Notes under the pieces: model-generated
Database searches by the model: none
The model's input: the letters and a program-made list of their open reading frames with translations, nothing else
Told to the model about the DNA's origin: nothing
Part shown: one piece after another, positions 51,508 to 61,133 of the stretch
How the letters are laid out: every line of letters begins with the position of its first letter
Numbering within the stretch: the first letter of the stretch is position 1
Assembly (NCBI GenBank): GCA_040768745.1
Contig: JAXGMI010000001.1
Span: 960,001-1,024,000, forward strand
DNA from: Desulfomicrobium sp.
GTDB taxonomy: Bacteria; Desulfobacterota; Desulfovibrionia; Desulfovibrionales; Desulfomicrobiaceae
Direction: 5' to 3'
DNA: 64,000 nt
Position numbers and translations under genes: made by a program

Positions 51508-52689
51508 CTACTCCACGAGAATTTCCAGTCCCTTCAGGTAGGACCCTTCGGGAAAAGGCAGGGCCACGGGATGATCTGCCGCCTGGCTCAGACGGTGAAG
51601 AATGCGGCCGTTGCGTCCGGCATCCAGGGCCGCATCGGCCACGATTTTCTGGAACAATCCGTCTTCCATCAATCCGGAGCAGGAAAAGGTGAAGAGCCGT
51701 CCACCGGGCTGCAAGAGCCGGAACGCACACAGGTTGATGTCCTTGTAGCCCCGGCAGGCCCGGTTCAGGCTGGCCTTGGAGTCGGCGAACTTGGGGGGGT
51801 CCAGCACAATGATGTCATAGCGGCGGCCTTCTCTGTGCCAGGCGCGCAGGATTTGGAATGCGTCGCCGCAGACAGTGGTCATGCGTTCCGTCGGGAAGCC
51901 ATTTTTTTCCCGGTTGCGATCGGCCAAAGCCAGGGCCTGGGCTGATGCATCCAGCTGGGTTACGCGGGCCGCGCCACCGCCCAGGGCGGCGAGTCCGAAG
52001 CCCCCGGTGTAGCAGAAGCAGTTCAGCATTTCAGCTCCAGCCGCAACCCGGCCCACTGCCAGTCGGTTGTCGCGCTGGTCCAGGTAAAAACCGGTCTTGT
52101 GACCACCACGCACATCAACCAGGTATTCAAGTCCATTCTCAAGGATCGGGACAAGCTCCGGGATCCGACCATGAACGACCCCGATCCGCTCCTGGAGGCC
52201 TTCCTTGGCCCGCACTTCCACGTCCGACCGCTCCAGGATGGCGTCGTCAGGGTAGAGTTGGCGCAGTGCATCAACAACTGCCTTGCGACAGAACTCCGCG
52301 CCCGCGGTCAGCAACTGGAAAACGAGCACTCCGTTGTAGCGGTCCAGGATCAATCCGGGCAGGCCATCGGACTCGGAATGAACCAGGCGCAGGGCAGTGC
52401 CTGATCCTTCCAGTCCGTGGCGCTGGCGAGCGGCGTTCCTGATGCTCCGCAAAAAGAACTGTTCGTCAATCCGTTCGTCCGTATCAAAGGTCCAGATCCG
52501 GGCCTGGATCTGGGACGCGGGCGAAAAAGCGGCCCGACCGAGCCAGTCGCCGTTTTCTGCTCGCACATCCACAGTCTGTCCTGGTTTCGGGTTGCCAATG
52601 ACGCGGGCCACGGCTCCGGAAAAGATCCATGGGTGCCGTCTGCGCAGCGATTTTTCGCGACCTTTGGATATGATGAGTTGTGGGTCCAC
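51508..52689 (-). CDS. rlmI: RlmI-family SAM-dependent rRNA methyltransferase
   Basis: PUA domain (RRHPWIFSG), ESDGLPGL, GHKTGFYLDQRDNR, LDPPKF and FSCS motifs. Confidence 0.85.
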   Translation of the reverse strand: MDPQLIISKGREKSLRRRHPWIFSGAVARVIGNPKPGQTVDVRAENGDWLGRAAFSPASQIQARIWTFDTDERIDEQFFLRSIRNAARQRHGLEGSGTALRLVHSESDGLPGLILDRYNGVLVFQLLTAGAEFCRKAVVDALRQLYPDDAILERSDVEVRAKEGLQERIGVVHGRIPELVPILENGLEYLVDVRGGHKTGFYLDQRDNRLAVGRVAAGAEMLNCFCYTGGFGLAALGGGAARVTQLDASAQALALADRNREKNGFPTERMTTVCGDAFQILRAWHREGRRYDIIVLDPPKFADSKASLNRACRGYKDINLCAFRLLQPGGRLFTFSCSGLMEDGLFQKIVADAALDAGRNGRILHRLSQAADHPVALPFPEGSYLKGLEILVE

Positions 52690-52863
52690 GATGTTGTCCT
52701 TGAGGTGGCCTAGGGCCTGGATGGGTGGAGTGCGGGGTGTGGTGTGGCAGAAAAATAGGAAAAGCTCTTGAGTCCGTCCACCGGAAAATAGGTTTTTCTG
52801 TCCGGCAACCATAGGCGAAACGGAGCCGGGGTACAGAGAGAAATCATTCCCCAGAACTGCACC

Positions 52864-52925
52864 TTGACAGAAACGTGTTCACCTTTGTAAATGGGCGTGT
52901 ATTATTTTTTTTGTTTTCGTATTAT
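52864..52925 (+). promoter_or_regulatory. Sigma70 promoter with a downstream NikR-like operator
   Basis: TTGACA at 52864, TAAAT near 52888, GTATTA-N15-TATTAT at 52899-52925. Confidence 0.5.
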
Positions 52926-53010
52926 TTATAGAGACTTTTTTTTGTTTTTTTAATCGAATTGTTTCAAAAAATTCGTAGTCGAAAAACTCAAGCATGCAGG
53001 AGTGTTCGTC

Positions 53011-53781
53011 ATGAAAAAAGTTTTCCTATTCTGTGCTTGTGCGATCCTTCTTGTCGCCAACACCGCCCTGGGTCATTTCGGGATGGTCATACCATCCGCA
53101 AGCACGGCCATGGACAAGAAAGAGGCGGCAATCGAGCTGGCACTGTCATTTTCTCACCCCATGCAAGGGGTCGGAATGCCTTTGGACAGCCCGACCTCCG
53201 TCAGGGTTTTCGTGAACGGTCAGGCCGAGGACCTGCTGTCGGCTCTCAAGCCGGCGAAGATCATGAACCATGAGGCCTGGAAGCTCCTCTACACGATGAA
53301 GAAACCAGGGGTATATCAGTTCGTGATGGAGCCCAAGCCGTATTGGGAGCCGGCCGAGGATTGCTTCATCGTCCACTACACCAAGACCGTTGTCGCGGCC
53401 TTCGGCGAGGAGGAAGGATGGGAAGAACCTGTCGGCGTGAAGACGGAAATCGTGCCCCTGAGCAGGCCTTTTGGCAATTACGCGGGCAACGTGTTCACTG
53501 GTCAGGTTCTGCTGGATGGCAAGCCCGTGCCAGGCGCGGTGGTCGAAGTTGAGTTCTACAACCAGAAAGGCGCGTACAAAGCGCCTAACGACTACATGGT
53601 CACCCAGGTGGTCAAGGGTGACGACAACGGCGTGTTCACGTATGCGGTACCCTGGGCCGGCTGGTGGGGATTCGCGGCCCTGAACACATCTGAAGCCAAG
53701 ATGGACCACCAAGGCAAAGCCAAGGACGTGGAGCTGGGCGCCGTGTTGTGGACGGAATTTCTTGAGCCCGTGCGCAAGTAG
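53011..53781 (+). CDS. DUF4198 periplasmic Ni/Co transport-associated protein
   Basis: Signal peptide followed by HFGMVIPS; FSHP, PYWEPAEDCFIVHYTK and GWWGFAAL motifs. Confidence 0.85.
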   Translation: MKKVFLFCACAILLVANTALGHFGMVIPSASTAMDKKEAAIELALSFSHPMQGVGMPLDSPTSVRVFVNGQAEDLLSALKPAKIMNHEAWKLLYTMKKPGVYQFVMEPKPYWEPAEDCFIVHYTKTVVAAFGEEEGWEEPVGVKTEIVPLSRPFGNYAGNVFTGQVLLDGKPVPGAVVEVEFYNQKGAYKAPNDYMVTQVVKGDDNGVFTYAVPWAGWWGFAALNTSEAKMDHQGKAKDVELGAVLWTEFLEPVRK

Positions 53782-53804
53782 GGGTACGGTGCCGGCCTGA
53801 TGAA

Positions 53805-53836
53805 GCCGGGCATGGACCCATGCCCGGCACTTTTTT
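53805..53836 (+). terminator. Intra-operon hairpin/terminator after the DUF4198 gene
   Basis: GCCGGGCATGG/CCATGCCCGGC inverted repeat followed by T6. Confidence 0.7.
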
Positions 53837-53860
53837 GAGCTGAACGGAGGCGATGGCAGC

Positions 53861-54460
53861 ATGCATATCTCCGAAGGCGTCCTCTCTCCCGCCATTCTTG
53901 GACTTGGCGCCGCGCTCACGGCCGTAGGCACGGCCATCGGCCTGCGCCGACTGGATTACGACCGGCTGATGACCGTGGCCATTCTGGCTGCGGCATTTTT
54001 CGTTGGATCCCTGATCCATGTGCCCATCGGGCCATCCAATGCCCACCTGATACTGAACGGTCTCCTCGGGGCCATTCTTGGCTGGGCCGCCTTTCCGGCC
54101 ATTCTGGTGGGGCTCATGTTGCAAGCCGTCCTCTTTCAATATGGGGGCATCACGGTCCTGGGCGTCAATACCTTCAATATGGCCTTTCCAGCTGTCCTGG
54201 GGTTTTATCTGCTGCGGCCGGCCATGGTCGGTTCGGGCAGAGCGCGATCCGTTGCCGCCTTCTGCTGCGGGGCACTGTCCGTGGCAGGGGCAGGGCTTTT
54301 GACGGCCTTGTCCCTGGCCTTCACCGCTGAAGGGTTCTTGCGGGCCGCGCAGCTTCTCTTTCTGGCCCATGTCCCCGTCATGGTGGTGGAAGGAGTTGTG
54401 ACAGTCTTGGCGGTGTCTTTTCTGATCAGAGTCCGGCCAGAAGTTTTTTCGATTTCCTGA
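53861..54460 (+). CDS. cbiM: Ni/Co ECF transporter substrate component (CbiM/NikM)
   Basis: MHISEG N-terminal metal-binding motif; HLILNGL and GGITVLGVN. Confidence 0.9.
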   Translation: MHISEGVLSPAILGLGAALTAVGTAIGLRRLDYDRLMTVAILAAAFFVGSLIHVPIGPSNAHLILNGLLGAILGWAAFPAILVGLMLQAVLFQYGGITVLGVNTFNMAFPAVLGFYLLRPAMVGSGRARSVAAFCCGALSVAGAGLLTALSLAFTAEGFLRAAQLLFLAHVPVMVVEGVVTVLAVSFLIRVRPEVFSIS

Positions 54461-54476
54461 ATCCTAGGAGTCGGGT

Positions 54477-55088
54477 ATGCGTGCCCTGCTTGTATTTTTT
54501 CTCACGGCCATCATGGTCCATTCCCTGGCCCTGGCGCATCGCGTCAATATCTTCGCCTATGTGGACGGCGAAGAGATCGTCGCGGAGTGCAGCTACAGCA
54601 AATCCAAAAGGGTCATCCGTGGAACGATCCAGGTCCTTGAAGCCGACAGCGGGGTCATGCTGTTGCACGGCGAGACCGATGAACAGGGCATGTTCAGGTT
54701 TCGCGTGCCTGAGCAGGCCCGCCAACGCGGTTCAGATCTGCGTATCCTGCTGCAGGCAGGAGAAGGGCATCAGAATGAGTGGACCGTGGAGGCGGCCGAA
54801 TTCATGGCGTCGCCGCCTACACCCGTCGGATCCCAGGCACTCCCGGTTGCCCCGAATCCCGCCTCACAGCAAGGGGACGTCGCGACTTTGTCCACTGCGG
54901 GATTGACCAGGGCCGAGGTGGAGGAGGTCGTCAACGCAGCCTTGGATGCCAAGCTTGCGCCCATAAAACGCGCCGTTCTGGAGCGGCAGGAAAAGGGGCC
55001 AGGACTGCAGGAAATTCTTGGCGGAATCGGCTGGATCTTTGGTCTGGTTGGCGTTGCAGCGTATTTCAAGGGGCGACCGCGTGTTTGA
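54477..55088 (+). CDS. Ni/Co ECF transporter accessory component (NikL/CbiL-like)
   Basis: Signal peptide followed by AHRVNIFAY; AGEGH motif and C-terminal TM (ILGGIGWIFG). Confidence 0.8.
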   Translation: MRALLVFFLTAIMVHSLALAHRVNIFAYVDGEEIVAECSYSKSKRVIRGTIQVLEADSGVMLLHGETDEQGMFRFRVPEQARQRGSDLRILLQAGEGHQNEWTVEAAEFMASPPTPVGSQALPVAPNPASQQGDVATLSTAGLTRAEVEEVVNAALDAKLAPIKRAVLERQEKGPGLQEILGGIGWIFGLVGVAAYFKGRPRV

Positions 55089-55848
55089 CGAGCCTTTTGC
55101 CTGCGGACCTTCTCCTGTCCATGGGCTGGATCCCAGGGTCCGCCTGTGCATGGCCGCTGCTTTCTCCGTGACAGTGGCCATGGTCCGGCATCCAGGTACG
55201 GCCGCCGCAGGGCTTCTGATGGCCATGATCGCCCTGTGCGCCAGCCTTCCGCCCAAGAGGGCGCTTTTGCGCAGGGTGGTTCTGGTGAATGTGTTCATCC
55301 TGTTCCTGTGGCTGACCGTCCCGCTGACCATGCCTGGAGAGACCCTGTGGACTTTGGGTGCCGTCGGGGTCAGTCGGGAGGGCCTCGAACTGGTTGGAAT
55401 GGTCACCCTGAAATCCAACGCCATCCTGCTGGCCTTCCTGGCCTTGGTGGCGAGCATGGATTCCCCCACCATCGGACACGCCATGGCAAGGCTGGGCGTG
55501 CCCTCCAAGCTGGTGTTTCTTTTTCTCTTTACGTACCGCTACGTGCACGTCATCGCCGATGAATGGCAGCGTCTGAGGACTGCAGCCAGGTTGCGCGGGT
55601 TTGTTCCCCGCACTGACATGCGCACATACGCGACTGTCGGCCACCTTTTCGCCATGGTCCTGGTCAGGAGTTTAGACCGTTCTGCCCGGGTCTACAGGGC
55701 CATGATCCTGCGCGGATTCGATGGCCGATTTGCGTCCGTGTGCCGCTTCACGATCCGGCCTCGCGATGGGCTGTTTGTCCTGTGCGGATTGGCGGCCCAT
55801 ATCCTCATGATCTTCATGGAATGCTTTGCGGGGGTTCTGCGTGTCTGA
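55081..55848 (+). CDS. cbiQ: ECF transporter T component (CbiQ/NikQ)
   Basis: LDPRVR, FTYRYVHV, ARLRGF and AMILRGF motifs. Confidence 0.9.
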   Translation: MFDEPFACGPSPVHGLDPRVRLCMAAAFSVTVAMVRHPGTAAAGLLMAMIALCASLPPKRALLRRVVLVNVFILFLWLTVPLTMPGETLWTLGAVGVSREGLELVGMVTLKSNAILLAFLALVASMDSPTIGHAMARLGVPSKLVFLFLFTYRYVHVIADEWQRLRTAARLRGFVPRTDMRTYATVGHLFAMVLVRSLDRSARVYRAMILRGFDGRFASVCRFTIRPRDGLFVLCGLAAHILMIFMECFAGVLRV

Positions 55849-56569
55849 ACCCTCTCTTTTCACTCTGGAAGATGTCTATTTTGCCTATCCCCCGGGACAA
55901 GAAGTGTTGAGAGGGGTCAATTTGAGTTTTTCTTCCGGGCAGCAGATCGGTCTTTATGGATCCAACGGCAGCGGGAAGACCACGCTGTTTCACGTCATCA
56001 CGGGGCTGGTGACCCCAGTGCAAGGTCGTGTGCTTTTTCACGGCCGGCCTGTACATGATGAAAAGGGTTTCCGCGCTCTCCGTCGTGAAATCGGCCTGGT
56101 GCTGCAGAACGCGGAGGATCAGCTGTTCAACCCCACGGTTCTCGACGACGTGGCTTTCGGCCCCCTGAATCTGGGGTTGTCAGCCGATGATGCCCGGGAT
56201 CGGGCCGTGGAAACCCTGCACGCCCTTGGACTGACAGGATTCGAGGATCGGTTGACCCACCGCCTGTCCGGGGGGGAAAAGAAACTCGTCTCCCTGGCCA
56301 CCATTCTCTCCATGCAGCCCAAGGTGCTGCTCCTTGACGAGCCGACCAACGGCCTGGATCCGCAGACCAGGGCGCGGATCATCGAGATCCTCTGCCAGCT
56401 GCCCACTTCCCGCATCATCATCTCCCATGACTGGGATTTCCTGGCCCAGACCACAACAGAGTACATGACCATCAAGGAAGGCAGGCTTGTTTCCGACGCG
56501 CCATTCCTTCCTCATCGCCACGTGCACGCCCACCCCCTGGGCGATGAGCCGCACCACCATCACGACTGA
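55841..56569 (+). CDS. cbiO: ECF transporter ATPase (CbiO/NikO) with His-rich tail
   Basis: GSNGSGKTT, DDVAFGP, LSGGEKK and LLDEPT motifs; ends HRHVHAHPLGDEPHHHHD. Confidence 0.9.
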   Translation: MSEPSLFTLEDVYFAYPPGQEVLRGVNLSFSSGQQIGLYGSNGSGKTTLFHVITGLVTPVQGRVLFHGRPVHDEKGFRALRREIGLVLQNAEDQLFNPTVLDDVAFGPLNLGLSADDARDRAVETLHALGLTGFEDRLTHRLSGGEKKLVSLATILSMQPKVLLLDEPTNGLDPQTRARIIEILCQLPTSRIIISHDWDFLAQTTTEYMTIKEGRLVSDAPFLPHRHVHAHPLGDEPHHHHD

Positions 56570-57564
56570 ATCGGGTGGCCCTTGAGTTCGGGCCAGATCT
56601 GGCGGGCCGTGTCGCGGGTCAAGCTGGCGAGAACCAGGGTTAGGGGCCTGGAGTCCGGGGAGGAGAGTTCCAAAAAGGAGATCTCCTTGCCCTCTTTCCG
56701 GTCAGACTTGATGCCGAATTCCTCTACGTGCATGGTCACCATTTCGGTCTTGATGTGGTCCTGGGGATGCATCAGCACGTCGCAGACCTGCACAAGGTAT
56801 GTCTCGGGTTCAGGGGGCTGAGGCAGAGCGGCCAGCTGGGCATCGATGCGGGACAGTTCATTCCGGGCCCTGCGCAACTGGTCCCTCAACGTCGGGGAAA
56901 CGTCCATGGTACGGACTTCTTTTCTGGTCAGCTCCAGGGTGTGCTGCTGGGCTTCAAGCAATGTCTCTGACTCGAGCAAGGTTCGACGCAACTCCTCGGC
57001 GCGACGCAACCTTTCCGGGACCACTCCGGCCAAGTGCATGACCAGTTCCTCGACGACAGCGGCTCGGATGCAGGTCTGGGAGGCTGCAGAAATGGTGACG
57101 CGCTGGTGTTCAAAGCTGAGTACTGTTTGCAGGACCCCGTGCAGGACCATCTCCCCCTGCAGATCGCTCCCCAGGATCTCGAATTCGTGCCGCTGCATGG
57201 TCAGCAGAAAAAAGCACTCCTGTACGGTTTGGTCTGCAAAGGTCGCGCGCAGGTCATGGCTCTCGCGGAACAGGTCGAAGCCCTCCTGCGGGGTGGCAAA
57301 AAGGAGTGGAAAAAGGGGGTCCCTCCGCCACAGGCTCTTCTCCATCCGCTTAGGGGGTCCGAGCTCGTCTGCCAGCGCCCCGGCAAAAGCGAGGGCCGTA
57401 GACACCGGGATCGTCATTTTTTGCCTATGACCAGGGATGGACAGGAGCAGGGGAAGTTCCGCCAGAATGCGATCCACCAGGCGATCCACGTCTGCACTCG
57501 GGCAGATTGCGGCGTCATGGTGCACAGGGCTGATCAGACGTTGGATGCGCTGAAGAATGTTCAT
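56560..57564 (-). CDS. Hypothetical protein (about 334 aa) with a coiled-coil segment
   Basis: Long ORF filling the gap between cbiO and wrbA; heptad-like region; start uncertain. Confidence 0.7.
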   Translation of the reverse strand: MNILQRIQRLISPVHHDAAICPSADVDRLVDRILAELPLLLSIPGHRQKMTIPVSTALAFAGALADELGPPKRMEKSLWRRDPLFPLLFATPQEGFDLFRESHDLRATFADQTVQECFFLLTMQRHEFEILGSDLQGEMVLHGVLQTVLSFEHQRVTISAASQTCIRAAVVEELVMHLAGVVPERLRRAEELRRTLLESETLLEAQQHTLELTRKEVRTMDVSPTLRDQLRRARNELSRIDAQLAALPQPPEPETYLVQVCDVLMHPQDHIKTEMVTMHVEEFGIKSDRKEGKEISFLELSSPDSRPLTLVLASLTRDTARQIWPELKGHPIQS

Positions 57565-57616
57565 GGAGGGGGCTGGGTTCTGTTGTTGCCCTTTTGAGAA
57601 TGGTCGAGAAAAATCC

Positions 57617-57642
57617 GCCCCGGAGCCCCAAGGCTCCGGGGC
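57617..57642 (-). terminator. Terminator downstream of wrbA
   Basis: GCCCCGGAGCC/GGCTCCGGGGC inverted repeat with a T tract on the minus strand. Confidence 0.7.
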
Positions 57643-57682
57643 ATTTATCCTTTGCATCCCAAGGGAAGGCAAGGAGAGAGAA

Positions 57683-58291
57683 CTATTTCAGCTTCAGTGC
57701 AATGCCAGCTATGTGCTTGGCTTGGTAGCGCATGCCTTCAAGCTCGGTTTCCGAAGGTTGTCGGGACCCGTCGCCGCCGGCAATGGTACTCGCCCCGTAG
57801 GGGGACCCTCCGGTGATTTCATCCATGCGGGTCTGTCCCTGGAAGGAGTAAGGCAGTCCCACCACGATCATGCCCTGATGCAGAAGATAGGTGTGAAAAG
57901 TGAGGATGGTCGACTCCTGACCTCCGTGCTGTGTGGCGGAGGACACAAATACCCCACCAGGCTTGCCGACAAGCGCGCCTTTTGCCCACAGTCCGCCAGT
58001 GGAATCCAGAAACTGGCGCATCTGGCCGCTCATATTCCCGAAACGGGTCGGGGTGCCAAAAAGCACGGCATCGGCTTCGGCCAGATCCTCCACCGTGGCC
58101 ACAGGGACGTGGGCCTGGGCCTTAGCTTGGTCCAGGGCTCCCATTTTGGCCAGGACCTCGTCACTCAGGGTTTCCGGGACGCGGCGCAGCAGCACTTCCA
58201 CACCCGGTATTTCGCGGACCACGGCAGCTGCGGCTTCAGCCATGGTTTTGATGTGGCCATACGTCGAATGATAGACGATGAGCATTTTCAT
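57683..58291 (-). CDS. wrbA: NAD(P)H:quinone oxidoreductase WrbA
   Basis: [24 protein letters not shown] and GGSPYGAST motifs. Confidence 0.95.
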   Translation of the reverse strand: MKMLIVYHSTYGHIKTMAEAAAAVVREIPGVEVLLRRVPETLSDEVLAKMGALDQAKAQAHVPVATVEDLAEADAVLFGTPTRFGNMSGQMRQFLDSTGGLWAKGALVGKPGGVFVSSATQHGGQESTILTFHTYLLHQGMIVVGLPYSFQGQTRMDEITGGSPYGASTIAGGDGSRQPSETELEGMRYQAKHIAGIALKLK

Positions 58292-58604
58292 GGTGGCCTC
58301 CAAGTGGCCACGTAAGGCCACGGGGTTATGTTGTAAAAGCGCGGAACACATGAAGGGGATCTCTGAAACAAAGTTTCAAGTGTTGTTACTAGAACCAACT
58401 TCCGGCAAGTCAAGGCAGAATGGTCAATGCAGCCCATGCTCATGCCTCTTGCTTGGTCAGTTTCCTGATGAAATTTTCAATAATCTGAAATTAAAAGATA
58501 TTTTTGTGTTCGTAACCCTATTGTTTTTTACGCCATCCTGCTACATGCACGGCTGTTTTTGACGCGCGTCATAGTCGCCCTCTGCGGGCAAGGCGGAATC
58601 AACC

Positions 58605-58961
58605 ATGCGCTTTTATCTGTCCACCGTCATCCTGCTCTCCCTCAGCAACATTTTCATGACCTTCGCCTGGTACGGGCATCTCCGCAACCTGTCCCACACC
58701 CCCTGGATCATCGCGGCCTTCGCCAGCTGGGGCATCGCGCTCATGGAGTATCTGCTGCAGGTCCCGGCCAACCGCATCGGCCATCAGGTCATGAACGTCG
58801 GCCAGCTCAAGATCCTGCAGGAGTGCATTGCCCTGTCGATCTTCATCCCCTTCTCCATCCTGTACATGAAGGAGAAGCCCAGCATGGACTATGTCTGGGC
58901 CGGCCTGTGCATCCTCGGCGCGGCCTTCTTCATGTTCCGCAAAAAACTGATGGGCGCGTAA
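58605..58961 (+). CDS. Small DMT-family membrane protein (DUF486-like)
   Basis: SNIFMTFAWYGHL, SWGIALMEY...QVPANRIG and QLKILQE motifs. Confidence 0.88.
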   Translation: MRFYLSTVILLSLSNIFMTFAWYGHLRNLSHTPWIIAAFASWGIALMEYLLQVPANRIGHQVMNVGQLKILQECIALSIFIPFSILYMKEKPSMDYVWAGLCILGAAFFMFRKKLMGA

Positions 58962-58988
58962 CCGCGGCGGCCCATTCACGGGAGGCCC

Positions 58989-60491
58989 ATGCTCGAACTG
59001 ATCGCCCTGGTCAGCGGCGCCCTGGTCATGGTCCTGGAGATGGTCGGGGCCAGGGTCATGGCCCCGCACCTCGGGACCTCGGTCATCGTCTGGACCAGCC
59101 TCATCGGCGTGGTCCTGGCCTGCCTGGCCCTGGGTGCCTGGCTTGGCGGGCGCATGGCCGACCGCACGGTCTCGCGGGCACGGCTGGCCGCCATTCTGGC
59201 CTTGGCCGGGTGCGGGACGGCCCTGACGGGTTTGCTGCATTCGACCGTGGCCGATGCCGTGGCCGCCTCCGTGTCCAGCCTGCACATGGCCGCCGTGCTC
59301 TGCGCCATCCTGCTCCTGTCCCTGCCCGCCACCTTCTTCGGCATGGTCACGCCGTACGTCATCCGCCTGCGCATGGAGGACGTGTCCTCGTCCGGAAGGA
59401 CCGTGGGCACTCTCTACGCCCTGTCGACTGTCGGCAGCATCGCCGGGACGTTCCTGGGCGGGTTCGTGCTCGTCTCCTGGTTCGGGAGCACCCACATCCT
59501 GCTCGGCACGGGCGCGGGCATGCTCCTCCTGTCGCTGCTGGCCTGCCCCAGCCCGGCGAAGGTCCGGTCGGCCCTGCTCGCCCTGATCTGCCTGGGCGGC
59601 TGGGCGTCAGCCTCCTACCAGGCCTTCGAGGAGGCGGCCAGCGGGGCACGCACCGTGGAGACACCCTACAACCACATCCGCATCGTGCGCGGCCTGGACC
59701 ACGAAGGCCGCGAGCTCCTGTGCCTGGCCACGGACCCCGGGCGCTTCCAGTCGGCCATGTACGTCGACGACCCGGCCGGCCTGGCCCTGCCCTACACCCG
59801 CTTTTTCGCCCTTGGCCCGGCCCTGGTCCCGGACGCCCGGCGCGTGCTCATGCTCGGCGGCGGGGCATTTTCCGTGCCGCGCTGGCTCCTGGCCGGGCGC
59901 AGCGCCCTGGACCCGTCCACCCTCGGCGTGGACGTCGTCGAGCTGGACCCGGGCATGACCCGCGCGGCCCGGGAGCATTTCGGCCTGGCCGAGGACCCGC
60001 GCCTGCGCGTGGTGCACGAGGACGCCCGCACCTTCTGCAACCGCAACACCGAGCGCTACGACCTCGTCTTCGTCGACGTCTTCGGCTCCTGCTACACCAT
60101 CCCCTTCCAGGCCGGCACCGAGGAGGCCGCCGCAGCCATGCGCCGGGCGGTGAAAGAAAACGGGGCGCTGGTCATGAACGTCATCGCCTCCCTGGACGGC
60201 GGGGCGGGACGCCTGTTCCGGTCCATCCACGCCGGCCTGGCCCGGCACTTCGCCGAGGTGCTCGTCTTCGCCGTGACCGATCCGGCCGACCCCGAGACCA
60301 TCCAGAACCTCATGCTCCTGGCCCTGCCCGTCCCGCGGCCGGACCTGGCGCGAACCCTGGCGGGTTCCGACGACCCGGCCCTGGCACCGATCCTGGCGGC
60401 CCGCGTCACCGCGCCCGTCCCGTCCGCGCCGCCCCTGCGCGACGATTTCGCGCCGGTGGAGCGCTACTCCCTGGCCCTGCTGCCGCGCTGA
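58989..60491 (+). CDS. Fused membrane domain/spermidine synthase-like methyltransferase
   Basis: N-terminal TM block (LEMVGAR, YALSTVGSIAGT); LMLGGG, VELDP, EDAR and DDFAPVE motifs. Confidence 0.88.
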   Translation: MLELIALVSGALVMVLEMVGARVMAPHLGTSVIVWTSLIGVVLACLALGAWLGGRMADRTVSRARLAAILALAGCGTALTGLLHSTVADAVAASVSSLHMAAVLCAILLLSLPATFFGMVTPYVIRLRMEDVSSSGRTVGTLYALSTVGSIAGTFLGGFVLVSWFGSTHILLGTGAGMLLLSLLACPSPAKVRSALLALICLGGWASASYQAFEEAASGARTVETPYNHIRIVRGLDHEGRELLCLATDPGRFQSAMYVDDPAGLALPYTRFFALGPALVPDARRVLMLGGGAFSVPRWLLAGRSALDPSTLGVDVVELDPGMTRAAREHFGLAEDPRLRVVHEDARTFCNRNTERYDLVFVDVFGSCYTIPFQAGTEEAAAAMRRAVKENGALVMNVIASLDGGAGRLFRSIHAGLARHFAEVLVFAVTDPADPETIQNLMLLALPVPRPDLARTLAGSDDPALAPILAARVTAPVPSAPPLRDDFAPVERYSLALLPR

Positions 60492-60624
60492 ATCCTGTCC
60501 GCCCCCTTTCCTTCCCGCAATTGTGCATTATTGAGTGAAATAGTCCGATTTGCACATCGGTATGTGCATTCTTATGCAGTTTTTACACCAATAATTCTGA
60601 AAATACTTGGTAAGCGATTTGGTA

Positions 60625-60640
60625 TGGCCTGTGCTTTGCT
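60625..60640 (+). promoter_or_regulatory. Sigma54 (-24/-12) promoter
   Basis: TGGCCTGTGCTTTGCT (GG-N10-GC) 43 bp before the ATG at 60684, with upstream palindrome and AT-rich spacer. Confidence 0.7.
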
Positions 60641-60683
60641 GCATGTGCCGTGCAATGCGCCAGTCCCACAATTTGGAGGCATC

Positions 60684-61133
60684 ATGAAATTTTTCCGTGT
60701 TTTTCTTCTGGCCGCCCTTGTCCTGACGGCCGCAGCCCCGGCTTCGGCCTTTCTCGGCATGTTCGCCAAGCATGAGGAGGTCAGGGCCGAAAACGGCCGC
60801 GTGACCATCCCGGTCGACCGGGTGTCCGACGGCAAGGCCCACTATTTCCGGTTCCAGGATGGCGGAACCGAGCTCAAGTTCTTCGTGCTCAAGAGCTCCG
60901 ACGGCGTGATCCGGGCCGCCTTCGACGCCTGCGACGTCTGCTTCCGCGAGAAGAAGGGCTATTCCCAGGACAAGGACTTCATGGTCTGCAACAACTGCGG
61001 CATGAAATTCCACTCCTCGCGCATCAACGAGGTCGCGGGTGGGTGCAACCCCTCGCCCCTGAAGCGGTCCGTCGAGGGCGACGCCGTGGTCGTCGCCGTG
61101 TCCGATCTCGTCGCCGGGAAGGGGTATTTCTAG
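60684..61133 (+). CDS. DUF2318-family exported Cys-rich (Fe-S-type) protein
   Basis: Signal peptide; AAFDACDVC, VCNNCG and GGCNPSP motifs; GGAGG RBS. Confidence 0.85.
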   Translation: MKFFRVFLLAALVLTAAAPASAFLGMFAKHEEVRAENGRVTIPVDRVSDGKAHYFRFQDGGTELKFFVLKSSDGVIRAAFDACDVCFREKKGYSQDKDFMVCNNCGMKFHSSRINEVAGGCNPSPLKRSVEGDAVVVAVSDLVAGKGYF

